Under the pieces are notes generated by a model. That model ran no database searches, was not told where the DNA came from, and worked only from the letters and a program-made list of their open reading frames with translations. Of a stretch of 64,000 nucleotides of DNA, positions 41,981 to 52,846 are shown piece by piece. The stretch is from an uncultured virus (IMG/VR IMGVR_UViG_3300005253_000164). Taxonomy: Duplodnaviria; Heunggongvirae; Uroviricota; Caudoviricetes. Every line of letters starts with the position of its first letter. The first letter of the stretch is position 1. The position numbers were made by a program, and so were the translations under genes. The stretch is taken from IMG/VR virus record IMGVR_UViG_3300005253_000164; one strand, 5' to 3'.

Positions 41981-44080
41981 TTGGTACAAAATAACAATGA
42001 AAATGTCGCATTTGCCAGTAGTGGCACAGGAATGTATCAGTTCCGAGTCATCAAAAAACAAATTTCAAAGACAGACGTAAAAATATGTAAAACAACAGTC
42101 CTATTCGGGAACAGAATAACAATTAAGGACTTTATGACTCATCAAGGGTTGGATTACAATGATGACCGATCAAAAAGAGCCATTCGTAAAGCATTTGAAA
42201 GACACAGAAGTTTTAAACGGATAAATCATAATTGTCTGAAACTAAAAAATAATATTTATTATCATACTCCCAAAAAGTGTCCACACTATGTTGGCGAAGG
42301 GGGTGTTGGTCAAAAAAATGTCGCATCCTTAACTAATCTGGATAATCTTTACCTCCCTGCTTTTGGGGTTGAAGATATACCGATGAAAGTACTTCTGGAT
42401 AATGATTTCATTTTGGATATAAACTATCCAATCGAAGCTCATGGAATGCAATGGCGAGGCAACTGGAAATATGTCGCATCAAGAAACGAAGCACCTTTTG
42501 TATTTATCCCAGAAATAAATAAATATTCCAAAGTAACAATTCAAGCCAACTTTAATGGTACTTACAGAATAACAGTGGGACCTAACCTGGATATGGGTAG
42601 AAAAACCAAATATGCATTCACAGGAGTAAAAGCAACAGCACTAAGAAACGAGATTCTGAATAAAGTGGCTACAATTTTCAGTGAATTAATCATACTGGAT
42701 AGAATATATCTGATAGATTTTTCAAATGATGATCACAGGACAGAGGTTCAAGTACTTGATGGAGTGCCAGTCCCAATCCAAGAGGGGGCCTACAATATTT
42801 TGTTGAATGAATATGGTATTGTCAGATATGATCACCCCATCCCAGAAGCCAACGGAGTTCCTCTTAGAAGAAGAGAAGTCAGATTACTCAATCAAGCTAC
42901 AGTTGGAATTGGAACATTGGTTAGAGATCTGGTTACTATTCGCAGGGAAGATATTAGAAATGCATTCAGCATAAAAGGAATTACTTCTACTATGCAGGAT
43001 GCAATCATTCAAAATCAGAGTGTGACCAGTTCTCTGAACCAGACAGCAAATCTGGCATATCGCAAACAAACCAATTTAATTGGTATTATGGCTGATGGAT
43101 TATCATCTGGTTTGGCAACTATTGGAAAAACAGTAGAAGAAGCCAAGGGACGGGGTGCAACTTGGCAGAAAAAAATGTCGTATGACCTATTAAACATGGA
43201 TTCCAAACTCTCACAATCGATAGAATTGCAAGATACTATGAACCAAAGATTGAATTTAATCAATACAATTCCGACTGCACTTGCGACAATTTCAGAACAA
43301 TACGCGGCAAATGTCTTACAGCAAAGAGAGCTAATTTCACTTACCAGACAAGCAAATAATGATAGAAGAATAGGTAATGAGGAAAGATTAGAGGTTTTAG
43401 GTCAAGTTTCAGTAAGACTTAAAGAATTACAAACGGATTTCACAAATTGGAAGAATATAGACACTCTGGAGAAGAAAGAGATAATCGGGAGCCTCCTGCA
43501 ACTTGGTAACAACCAAAGTGCAACTTCAAGGATGATAAACAAATACTTTAAAGTATCTCGTCAAGCCATCAGTGCCTTATCAAATATAACGGAGCTAGCT
43601 GATGCGACAAAAATTTCGGGGATGCGACATTTTGACAAACTCGGTGGTTCTGATGAGACTGGAGACGAGGGGCAGGGTGCAACTTGGGAATATCCAATCT
43701 CAAGGCTTGAACTAACCAATAATATACATGATGTTTTACAGGATATTGTTGACTTTGTAAAAGAAAATCCAGACTGTGTTGGAACTGACATCCGAGATGG
43801 TGTTAAAAGACGCAGAATAATCATTAGTAAATCTGTAACATATTTACTCAAGTTAGAAATCCTAATGCGATACAAGGGCAAAAGGACTTCATTCCATTAC
43901 AATTATAGAGACGATGCATTTTTGATAGACATATTCAACAAAATTCTCCCAGAACCAATCACATTAGCTGACTTATCCTCGCAATTACTCCTCGATGAAG
44001 AAGTAATAGTGTCAGCAATCAATCGCTTAAAACAAGTGTTTCTGATTATTTATGAGGATGACAAATACAAGGTGGAGTGA
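41981..44080 (+). CDS. Large protein with coiled coil and C-terminal winged helices; candidate replication initiator
   Basis: C-terminal wHTH-like repeats, RHH gene upstream, internal iteron-like DNA repeats; function inferred. Confidence 0.4.
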   Translation: MVQNNNENVAFASSGTGMYQFRVIKKQISKTDVKICKTTVLFGNRITIKDFMTHQGLDYNDDRSKRAIRKAFERHRSFKRINHNCLKLKNNIYYHTPKKCPHYVGEGGVGQKNVASLTNLDNLYLPAFGVEDIPMKVLLDNDFILDINYPIEAHGMQWRGNWKYVASRNEAPFVFIPEINKYSKVTIQANFNGTYRITVGPNLDMGRKTKYAFTGVKATALRNEILNKVATIFSELIILDRIYLIDFSNDDHRTEVQVLDGVPVPIQEGAYNILLNEYGIVRYDHPIPEANGVPLRRREVRLLNQATVGIGTLVRDLVTIRREDIRNAFSIKGITSTMQDAIIQNQSVTSSLNQTANLAYRKQTNLIGIMADGLSSGLATIGKTVEEAKGRGATWQKKMSYDLLNMDSKLSQSIELQDTMNQRLNLINTIPTALATISEQYAANVLQQRELISLTRQANNDRRIGNEERLEVLGQVSVRLKELQTDFTNWKNIDTLEKKEIIGSLLQLGNNQSATSRMINKYFKVSRQAISALSNITELADATKISGMRHFDKLGGSDETGDEGQGATWEYPISRLELTNNIHDVLQDIVDFVKENPDCVGTDIRDGVKRRRIIISKSVTYLLKLEILMRYKGKRTSFHYNYRDDAFLIDIFNKILPEPITLADLSSQLLLDEEVIVSAINRLKQVFLIIYEDDKYKVE

Positions 44081-44083
44081 AAA

Positions 44084-44701
44084 TTGAACAAGCGTAAAAA
44101 AAAGAAATTAAATAAAACAAATAAAATTCTATTAAAAAATATAATCGATGATATTATTGAGTTATACAATCTATTTACACTCTTAAATCAGATAACTGAT
44201 CACTTTATAGGTAACTGGAACTGGTCAGACATTAAAATTTCTTATGTTGATTTTCGACAGTTTTATGGATCGATACATCCAGATAATATTGGAACCTATA
44301 GTGGAATGTATGATTATGAAGATGATATAATCATGTTAAACACCTCCTCAAATTTTCTTGCCCTAATAAGAAAATACTATTTTGAAACACCAGAAATCGC
44401 AATTGCCGCAATTCTTGATTTAATATTGCATGAGTGGTGTCATAAAATTGAACATGTAATAGTTACAGAAAATGAAATTATAGATAAATTAGATTTAAAC
44501 AAATTATCAAACGAAGAAGATGAAACATATAAGGATCTTCACAATGAATTATTTAACCACATTTCCCTCGAAGCAGGTAAATTACTTGAGTTATATCTAA
44601 AAGAAAAAGGATTTGAATATTATCAAATTACTGCAATAAAAGAAACAGCTATTATTGAACGAAACTTTCCTGCATTAGTTTTGAATAGTAAGGTGGAATG
44701 A
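44084..44701 (+). CDS. Zincin-like metallopeptidase
   Basis: LILHEWCHKIEH (HExxH) with downstream HNELF. Confidence 0.6.
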   Translation: MNKRKKKKLNKTNKILLKNIIDDIIELYNLFTLLNQITDHFIGNWNWSDIKISYVDFRQFYGSIHPDNIGTYSGMYDYEDDIIMLNTSSNFLALIRKYYFETPEIAIAAILDLILHEWCHKIEHVIVTENEIIDKLDLNKLSNEEDETYKDLHNELFNHISLEAGKLLELYLKEKGFEYYQITAIKETAIIERNFPALVLNSKVE

Positions 44702-44704
44702 AAA

Positions 44705-45381
44705 TTGACCAAAACAATAAAGATGATACTATTCTTTCAAAAAAAGAACACTCCAGATTGGGATGAATTCGATGGACCTCCTACAGACTATAACAAAATT
44801 CATTGTACTCAAAAAGAAGTCAATGTTATAACTAGCTGTGAAAAATATTTTGAATCACTTCCAGCGGATCCAGATGATGGATATTATAAATGTGAATCAT
44901 GTGGCAATTATATTTGTTCTCGTTGTTTCCCAGAAGCGTGTGAAATATGCAAATATGGTGAAGTAGATCATTCACCTCTATTTTCACAAGAGCAGATACT
45001 TGATATATATCTTAATAAGGATCAACGTGAAATGATGGATAGAATGAAACGCAAAGACATATCTAAACAAGAACTGGATGAGTTAAAATGACAACATTAG
45101 AAAGAAATAAGATATTAGAACTTGAATTAAAATTACACAATTTTAAATTTCATACCTTAGCCCTTCACAAAGACTGTTTTTCTCAATATTCATATAGGTG
45201 GGTTAGAGCTTATGCTGTTATGCATAAAACTGATGCAGAAAGACACCTTATAGAAAGAATAGCAGAAAATAACGCATATGAAATAAATAATAAACCAGAA
45301 TTAAACATGTTTGAAAGTAGAGAAATACGCAATACGTTTGGGTATAGTGTTCTTCTATATGTAATAATACAGGAATGGTAA
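44705..45381 (+). CDS. Zn-binding protein 44705-45091 and hypothetical 45088-45381
   Basis: CESC/CSRC/CEIC; overlapping stop-start. Confidence 0.7.
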
Positions 45382-45518
45382 GAATAAAATATTCAACTCG
45401 GATTAAATATTCTTATTATTGGTACTTACTAATCTACAATCATATAAACAGAGAAATATACTGAATCTTATTAATATGATAAGAGTTATTTTATATATTA
45501 ATCCCCAATGAAAATATA

Positions 45519-46139
45519 ATGAAAATAAACTATTTTAGATTATCATCTTTTTTTCAATTAATTGCATCTGGTTTAATTCTTTATTATTATAGATTTATAT
45601 TGTCAGATGAACAACGACAAACAATATATGGCGATCCATTTTTGTTCATACTATTTTTTTCATTATTCGTAATTTTAATAATCATTAATGTTAAATTGTT
45701 ACTGGAATCTTACTGGAATCTTATTTCCTTGTTTAAAAAAGAAACTGGAAATGAGAAAAAAGACAACCAACCAACCAAACCAACCATTAAACGCAAAGTG
45801 ATGCATTACACACCTCGCATTGGTGTTTGGCTCAATAGATTTTATAGTTCATTTGAACACAGATTACATAAAGACTATTGTGAATGGACTTGCTTCTTTT
45901 GTTCAAAAAAATTATGGTCACTTGAACTAAAGACAGTGGCAAAGGCAGTGATAAGTATTAATCTTGGTTTGGTTATTGTATTTGTTCTCTCACTTGCAAT
46001 TGGAGAAAAAAATATGTTAGATACAATATTGCTATTATTAATAATATTCGCAACAATGCTACCAATGCCAATTCTGGCAGTTTTTATGAACAATAAGATT
46101 CGTAAACAAAAACCCAATGGAGTTGAGATTAATGATTAG
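45519..46139 (+). CDS. 4-TM membrane protein
   Basis: Four hydrophobic segments. Confidence 0.75.
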   Translation: MKINYFRLSSFFQLIASGLILYYYRFILSDEQRQTIYGDPFLFILFFSLFVILIIINVKLLLESYWNLISLFKKETGNEKKDNQPTKPTIKRKVMHYTPRIGVWLNRFYSSFEHRLHKDYCEWTCFFCSKKLWSLELKTVAKAVISINLGLVIVFVLSLAIGEKNMLDTILLLLIIFATMLPMPILAVFMNNKIRKQKPNGVEIND

Positions 46140-46476
46140 ACCATTCAAATCCAGAAAAAAATTGATCAGAGATAATAAGCTGTTGAATGATAAAATAACT
46201 ATTCAAATAGAAATAGATGCCTATAAAGATGATCTAATCACAACATTGAGGAACATATTGGTATACAAAGATGAGAGGCTCACCCTTCAATATCTCAAAG
46301 CAGATAAACTATTAAAAGACGCTAATGAATCATTAGTCGATAGAATTAATATTCAAACAGCAACAGATGGATACAAAGATGATATGAATAACACTTTAAA
46401 ATCTCTATTGGAATATAAAGAAGATATAATCGAGATGCAAGCCGATAAACTGAATAAACACAAACGAAACGAATAA
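46117..46476 (+). CDS. Coiled-coil protein with an internal duplication
   Basis: IQIEIDAYKDDLITTLRNILVYKDE vs IQTATDGYKDDMNNTLKSLLEYKED. Confidence 0.7.
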   Translation: MELRLMIRPFKSRKKLIRDNKLLNDKITIQIEIDAYKDDLITTLRNILVYKDERLTLQYLKADKLLKDANESLVDRINIQTATDGYKDDMNNTLKSLLEYKEDIIEMQADKLNKHKRNE

Positions 46477-46512
46477 ACTGAATAAACACAAACGAAACGA
46501 ATAAACTGAATA
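46445..46512 (+). repeat. 28-bp tandem repeat x2.4
   Basis: ATAAACTGAATAAACACAAACGAAACGA. Confidence 0.9.
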
Positions 46513-46656
46513 GATTCAAACCAATAAAATATTCATTTCTGATTAAATATAATATATAATTTTGTGAACAAATCTTTACCATAATTTATACAATCTAAAA
46601 AAAAATGAACAATAACCTTAATAATATTTATTCAAAGATATATTTAAGAGAATAAA

Positions 46657-47100
46657 ATGAAGTCGAAAAAAAGAAATCCTAGATTATTTATTAATGGTCT
46701 TCCAAGACCCACTCTTAAACAAACACAAATAACAGGTGAAAGACTGGCAAAAGATTTCCAGAACTACTATTCCATTCTTGCCAAGAAACATACTCTTCCT
46801 ATTCCAAAATTTAACGATGCATTTCTTATTGATACTGCCCAGGCAATTCTCAATAGTTACATAGTAGAACACCGTTGGTTAAAAATAGAAAATACAAATA
46901 TGAATCCATCTGGGGATTATATATACACTGGTGGGAAAGCCAGAATGCAGGAAGCAATGGAAAAAGAATTAGCCAATCCAACTAAGAAACCTTTATTTTT
47001 ATATTTTAGGAAAATGTGGTGGAAACATAAATTTAGAAAAGATGCAAGCCAACAAACTATTGGAATTGGAAATGAAGAAACAACCATAAACATAAACTAA
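46657..47100 (+). CDS. Hypothetical basic protein
   Basis: ORF track. Confidence 0.7.
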   Translation: MKSKKRNPRLFINGLPRPTLKQTQITGERLAKDFQNYYSILAKKHTLPIPKFNDAFLIDTAQAILNSYIVEHRWLKIENTNMNPSGDYIYTGGKARMQEAMEKELANPTKKPLFLYFRKMWWKHKFRKDASQQTIGIGNEETTININ

Positions 47101-49064
47101 ACTTTCAATTTATATATTCATCATCATTAATCAAATACTATGGATCATGGAAAATATTTTGGAAATGAAGAACTAAGTGATGGTGAAGTATGGTCACTAA
47201 TTGCATATTCTATTTTATTCATTATAGGCTTAATTATAATTTTTAGAAAATCACCTACAAAATACAAACTTGCAGACATATTAGTATTTCTTGGTTTGTT
47301 TTTAATTCTTGCCCAAAATACATATCATTTAGAACATGGTGAGCAATTGGAACAATATCAACTCATGGGTTACGCACTGATTTTCGGATTAATAAATTAC
47401 ATTGTTGGATGGGTTATGGCAAATAATGGATTTCCTGTGTCATTCATTGATCATAGTAAAGATGCATTCTATTGGTTTGGATTATTCTTGGTATTAGCAA
47501 CTATTATATTTGTCATGTTTGGCACATTTGATTCGGGATACCCAGGTAATCTTACTAATACTGAAAAATATATTGCTTATACTGGAATTGTAGGTGGTAT
47601 ATTATTACTGACATCCTATCTCGCTGTTAGAAGTAAAAAATAAATTTATATTGAATTTACAAATATTAGAAACATAAACTGAACTTTCAATTTATATATT
47701 CAACCCAGATATACAATTTATATGGCAAAGACAAAAAGCTCAGACATGTTTGGATTTATAGGAATCGCAATGGGATCAATGGCAATCGCTATGGCAGTAT
47801 TGAGGGCATTATTTGGTGAAAGTACCCTGTTTGATCTCTCAAAAGGAGCTTTCCTTGATGTTTCAGATGCAATCATAGTAGCAGTATTATTTTTTGGTGG
47901 AATTTTTATATTGGCTGTATCTGTTAAAAACAAAAAGAAAAATCAGATTGCAGTAGATACAATTGTTATAATTGTTATAATTGTGGTAATAAACCTACTC
48001 CTTGATGTTGAGTTTGATCTCTTCAATTTTTAAAACATAAACCGAACTTTCAATTTAAATAATCAGCAATGTTAACTAAATTGTGGATATTTTCATATCA
48101 GTCTATCTTATAATGGTTGCAGTCATACTTAAACCAAGACTTGAAAGAGTGATAAAGCGTATTCCAGAAAATTATTTGATTTGGTTAGCATTTTCTCCAA
48201 TTATTTTATACTTCCTAAGTTTCTACAATTGGTTATATGATAGTTACCTTTCAATTAGCTCAAGACAAATTGAATTTTCTGGTAGTGAAAGTCTGATTCA
48301 TCCAATAAATGCATTTATTTTTGTTACAATATCTTATTGGGTAGTAGGCTACGTGTTGTTGATATTCTATGAAAAGATAAAGGAGAGATCTACCAATGCC
48401 AAAAAAGAAACCTAAAACAATTAATGTTTCATACACATTATTATTCATATTATCTTGGTTTTTAATACCAAGTATTTACGCTTATACTGTAATTAACCAG
48501 ATATTTCTAGCAATAGGAATTACTGAAATTAATAAAAATATATACAGCTCGGTATTCATTGTTCTTGGAATAATAATAACAGCTTTCGTATTCTGGATAA
48601 GCAATTACAAAAGCAAGAAGTAAAACTTAAACAGAACTTTGAATTTTTAAATGAGATGAAATACTATTAATTATATGAAAAAAATGAGACTTTTGGGATT
48701 TTTTGTATCCATAGTTGGGATAATTTTCTATGCTATGGGTTTTCACGCTCTATTTTATGGAAGTAGTGGTCTATTTGAAAATATTGTGGATCAATTGGTT
48801 GATATTATTGCAATAGGTGGAACTCCATCTTCAGCGATAAATTATTCTATTGCAGTTGGATTGTTTTTAGTTGGAGCCTTCTTTATAATTGGTGGTGGAT
48901 CATTAATGCCAGATGTAAATAAGAACGTAACAAAGCTTTTCAAAACTTCGTTTATTGTGATAATTGTAATTCCTTTCGTAGTAATGATTTATAATTATGT
49001 AAACGATGTTGATTTTGATGTATTCAATTTATAAAAACATAAACAAAACTTTCAACTTTTAAAT
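47088..49064 (+). promoter_or_regulatory. Five copies of promoter motif AAAC(A/T)TAAACNRAACTTTSAAYTT(TATA-like) at ~47088, 47670, 48033, 48623, 49035
   Basis: Read directly; TATA-like part ~25 nt before each ATG; relatives at 2200, 40815, 56634, 56970, 63068. Confidence 0.85.
47140..49034 (+). CDS. Cluster of five small membrane proteins (47140-47643, 47722-48033, 48083-48415, 48396-48623, 48675-49034)
   Basis: 2-5 TM helices each; 47722 and 48675 share the C-terminal DVxFDxFN. Confidence 0.8.
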
Positions 49065-49088
49065 TCCAATAGTTTATTGGTATATGTA

Positions 49089-49808
49089 ATGCCTCGATCA
49101 AGTAAACGTATCTCCAATGAGAAGGCAATCGATGTGAAGGGAACGTCACTTAAAACAAAGACTTTACCCAGAAATATACTACCTGTTAAACATCATGCAG
49201 CAGCAGTTGCAACTGAACAGATAGTAATTTCCGATGAACACATTGCAGGGCTTCTTGAAGAGGGATGGACCAAGGAATCAACTTTTGAAACAGAGGTTTT
49301 AGAAGATATTTATCCTGGCTCTACTGATCATCATTTATTGAGTAAACATCTAAAAGCAAGAGGTTTTCGATTAATAAATGATCTACCAATGGAGTTAGAA
49401 GTTGCTATGCTGGATAAACAGAAATTAAAGGATGCAGATTATATATTCGAGTTATCCAGATCTGATGCAAAAGCCACTGTTCTGACGAGAACTGCTGAAA
49501 AATATACCAAAGCCCTACCCAGATACAATCCGAATGATCCCAACAATAATTTCTTTGGAAGAAGTTATGTGGTTGCTGTGATTGATGAATTTGGGAAAGT
49601 ATATGCTATATCTGTCTCACAAAATATACTAAGACAAATCCCAACTACAAAGAGAAAGGGGCGACCACAAACCAACCTTCACACATTCAATAATGCATAC
49701 AAAAAAGAAACTAAGAATGCAAGAAAGGCATATAGTCGCCAAGATACACAAGGCAGATATTCAAAGAATCGAAAAGATTATGTTGATGAGCTGCGAGGTA
49801 AAAAATAA
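49089..49808 (+). CDS. Hypothetical protein with basic N-tail
   Basis: MPRSSKR...RNILPVK; first gene of the coupled 49-54 kb operon. Confidence 0.75.
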   Translation: MPRSSKRISNEKAIDVKGTSLKTKTLPRNILPVKHHAAAVATEQIVISDEHIAGLLEEGWTKESTFETEVLEDIYPGSTDHHLLSKHLKARGFRLINDLPMELEVAMLDKQKLKDADYIFELSRSDAKATVLTRTAEKYTKALPRYNPNDPNNNFFGRSYVVAVIDEFGKVYAISVSQNILRQIPTTKRKGRPQTNLHTFNNAYKKETKNARKAYSRQDTQGRYSKNRKDYVDELRGKK

Positions 49809-50719
49809 TGAAAACTCGTAAACGCATTCTTACTAGTCCAAAAGGTAAGAAAAGAACCATTGATGTGAATTCTGGGACAAAGAAACCAATTAGGAAAAGC
49901 AATTTATTACCCCCACAATACACTATCAATATGACTCAACCAACAGGGAAGAACCGAATTCTTGTAAATCGAGGTGAAGTTCCTTATAGTGACATAATGT
50001 TCCATAAGGACCAAAAGAATTCTTCTTCATTAATAGTGAAAAGAAAATATCGTAAAAAATTCATCTCGGCAGGAATAATTGGAGAACCAGTTGGTCTTGG
50101 AGTTAGGAAAAAAGATAGGCAATTTGATAAGAATCCAACAAATTTTACAGTTAGTCCTTACGATATGATGTATGCCAATGAAATTGGTTTACTTGATCCA
50201 GAAACGATGTCAAGACGACAAGTAACCAGAGAATTAGAAAGATGGGGATTAAGACAGGATCCAGCTTTCTTTAACAAATATTCCTCTTATAAAAAGTTGA
50301 GAGATAATGGTTTCATAGTAATGAGTGGCCTTCAATATGGAGTTGACTTTGTTGCATATGATCTCACACCTACTGAATTTACTTCTAAAGAGATGAAGAA
50401 ACACAGTAAATATATGATTGATATTATGGATGAACCAACTCTTCACATGTCTAACATAATTAAAGGACTGGAAGAAGCTAAAGAAATCAATAAGGAATAT
50501 ATTCTCATGCAAGCAGGAGATACTAAACTATCCAAGAGGTACTTAGATCGCCCAACTGATAAAATTAGGTTCTACGCTATTGATGCAGAAGCACTTCTTG
50601 TGGATAATGAATATGATCTGGATGCTGTAATTATGAGGCGGATAAAGCAATCCAAAACATATCGGACTTTTCCAGTGGAAATTAGGGACACCTATGTGGA
50701 GTTAGATGACGATGAGTGA
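49808..50719 (+). CDS. endA: tRNA-splicing endonuclease-like protein, catalytic type
   Basis: KYSSYKKLRDNGFIVMSGLQYGVDFVAY...HSKYMI...EINKEYIL aligns to the EndA catalytic domain with the Tyr/His/Lys triad. Confidence 0.8.
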   Translation: MKTRKRILTSPKGKKRTIDVNSGTKKPIRKSNLLPPQYTINMTQPTGKNRILVNRGEVPYSDIMFHKDQKNSSSLIVKRKYRKKFISAGIIGEPVGLGVRKKDRQFDKNPTNFTVSPYDMMYANEIGLLDPETMSRRQVTRELERWGLRQDPAFFNKYSSYKKLRDNGFIVMSGLQYGVDFVAYDLTPTEFTSKEMKKHSKYMIDIMDEPTLHMSNIIKGLEEAKEINKEYILMQAGDTKLSKRYLDRPTDKIRFYAIDAEALLVDNEYDLDAVIMRRIKQSKTYRTFPVEIRDTYVELDDDE

Positions 50720-51656
50720 AAAACCAAAAAGAAAACATTATGCTAAAATTAAGAAGCGGATGTCTGCTAGAGGCACTACCGAGGCAATGAATAAACATTC
50801 TGGGAGATCATTTGAATCAAGTGCAATAAAACAAGCAAAGACCACTCAAAATACACGAATATGGAATTCAAGAAAACCAGAATTGATATATGGCCCATAT
50901 TTAGATAATAATTATATTCCACCTGTGATGAGGGAAGAATTAAAATTATTAGGTGTTCATTATCGTGTGGGAAGAGATACTCCCTATACTCCAGTAATTG
51001 CTATGGATCCATACAAAGTTTCAATACAAGAACTACATGACCATGGTATTGTTATTGAAATGAATAGACAAGATCGTCACAAATGGAGAATGTCTGGTTA
51101 TGATTTACTTCACATTCTAGAGAATAAACTAATCCAAGATAGTCCAATAAATGATCGCAGCTATGATGCATTCAGAAATTATATGGAAAGTCAAGATCCA
51201 GATTTCACAGAAAAATATTTTGTCTATAAAGAATTGAAGGAATCTGGTGCAATAGTTATGGATGCCACAATGCATGGTTATGACTTCATTGTGTATGAAG
51301 AACCAAGTGAGGACTTCATAAAAGAATTACAGAAAATTCCTATTGCAAGAATCGGAGCTAAGAAGAATCTTCCAGATAGACGTAAGAGTAGTTTTGCATC
51401 CATAAACGGTGTCGGATTGGTGACAGTAATGACTGCCGATAATGAATACACAGTGAAAGAAGTAATCAAAGCACAACACATTGCACAGAAGAATAAGATC
51501 AAATATCTTATGACTAATGCAGATGGGTATCATGATGAGGATGGGCATTTAGTTGTTCCAATAGAGAATTCGACCAAAGTATATGACACAAGACATATGA
51601 GGAAGAATTTAACTACTGCCAGAGGTAATGAAACAATTATTGGAACTGGTGAATAA
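50706..51656 (+). CDS. tRNA-splicing endonuclease-like protein, probably structural subunit; RxHY N-tail
   Basis: KYFVYKELKESGAIV...GYDFIVYE; catalytic His not evident. Confidence 0.7.
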   Translation: MTMSEKPKRKHYAKIKKRMSARGTTEAMNKHSGRSFESSAIKQAKTTQNTRIWNSRKPELIYGPYLDNNYIPPVMREELKLLGVHYRVGRDTPYTPVIAMDPYKVSIQELHDHGIVIEMNRQDRHKWRMSGYDLLHILENKLIQDSPINDRSYDAFRNYMESQDPDFTEKYFVYKELKESGAIVMDATMHGYDFIVYEEPSEDFIKELQKIPIARIGAKKNLPDRRKSSFASINGVGLVTVMTADNEYTVKEVIKAQHIAQKNKIKYLMTNADGYHDEDGHLVVPIENSTKVYDTRHMRKNLTTARGNETIIGTGE

Positions 51657-52846
51657 TGGGTAAAAATCGCAGATCTCACTATAAAAAGAAAGGAACAAAA
51701 GTGTCACACTATGCTCCACGATCATTAAAAGATGTGAAACCTATCAAGTGGGATCAGTTCGCAACTGATAAAGAGGGTAGAAAAGTAGCTCCAGAAACAA
51801 GGTTTGTTAGAGGGCAACATAACGATTACCATTCTTTATCATCCCCTAAAGGAAATAAAGGAATTGTTTACCCAAAACATTTTCCTAATCCAAATACAAT
51901 CATCATTGATGCAAACACAGATCACATAGACGTAAAAGTGATTATAGAGAATTTAGTTCAACATGGAATTGATCCAGATGAAATAAGACAAGATTATGAA
52001 GAAACATTTTATTTAACTTCTTTAATAAGGGGAGTTCTGGTTAATGGTGGTGTCAGAGAGATAAAAGTGTTTGGTGAAACAATCAAAACTGAAGAATCTG
52101 TAATTGAACGCTATGATCGCTTAGAGACACTTGGTTTGACTGATATGGTCATTGATGCACAATATAATACAATTATGGATCTGATAGAATTAGCAGATGG
52201 TAAATTGGCAACAGATGTTTCTCTCCAATATAAGACAATAGAGAAAACAAGAGGAATGGTCCCTGTCATTGATGCGTCTAATTATACCACAGATAATCTA
52301 GATGATCGACCACTGACACATATTTTCAAAAATTATTTTGGTCAACCTGGATATGATATAAACGAGAATCTATATTTAGTTGCAGCTAAAATAATAAATC
52401 TTGTTTATGGATTACAGTCTGCAATGGAACAAGCTGAACGTAAGGCACTTCCAGAACAAGCTGAAGAACAAGCAAAAGAATCTGCTGAAATAATAGAAAA
52501 AACTCAAGAAGATCTATCAAAGATAATCTTCGAGGCATATCAAAAAGAAACTACTATTAAGGAAAAAGGTAGAAAAACTTCTGTTAGAATTGAAGAGCCA
52601 TCAGAATTAACAAGTAAAGAGCAAAGGACTGCTCAAAGAATATTTGAGAAACCTCAAGGTGTAGATTTATTATCTGAACTAGACAAAGCTCTTGAGAAGT
52701 TGACTGTTTCAGAAGAAATAATCATCCCAGAAGAAATAATCAAGGAAAAGAGAATTGGTTCTAGTTTTGAGAATTTAGAATCAGTTGAAGAAATCCTTGA
52801 TAATTGGGAGCCTCCTGTAAGAAAAGAAAAGGAGGAATCTGAATGA
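51656..52846 (+). CDS. Hypothetical RxHY-tail protein with MIM-like C-terminal module
   Basis: C-terminal block shared with 52843. Confidence 0.8.
   Translation: MGKNRRSHYKKKGTKVSHYAPRSLKDVKPIKWDQFATDKEGRKVAPETRFVRGQHNDYHSLSSPKGNKGIVYPKHFPNPNTIIIDANTDHIDVKVIIENLVQHGIDPDEIRQDYEETFYLTSLIRGVLVNGGVREIKVFGETIKTEESVIERYDRLETLGLTDMVIDAQYNTIMDLIELADGKLATDVSLQYKTIEKTRGMVPVIDASNYTTDNLDDRPLTHIFKNYFGQPGYDINENLYLVAAKIINLVYGLQSAMEQAERKALPEQAEEQAKESAEIIEKTQEDLSKIIFEAYQKETTIKEKGRKTSVRIEEPSELTSKEQRTAQRIFEKPQGVDLLSELDKALEKLTVSEEIIIPEEIIKEKRIGSSFENLESVEEILDNWEPPVRKEKEESE

Noticed and set aside
39671..46512. Borg-like tandem-repeat signature
   Set aside because: Only two short tandem repeats (9 bp x3, 28 bp x2.4); too sparse, and no Methanoperedens-type genes were recognised
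49000..52000. tRNA genes or intron substrates near the EndA pair
   Set aside because: No cloverleaf or T-loop consensus found by eye here or elsewhere in the window; tRNAscan-SE was not run
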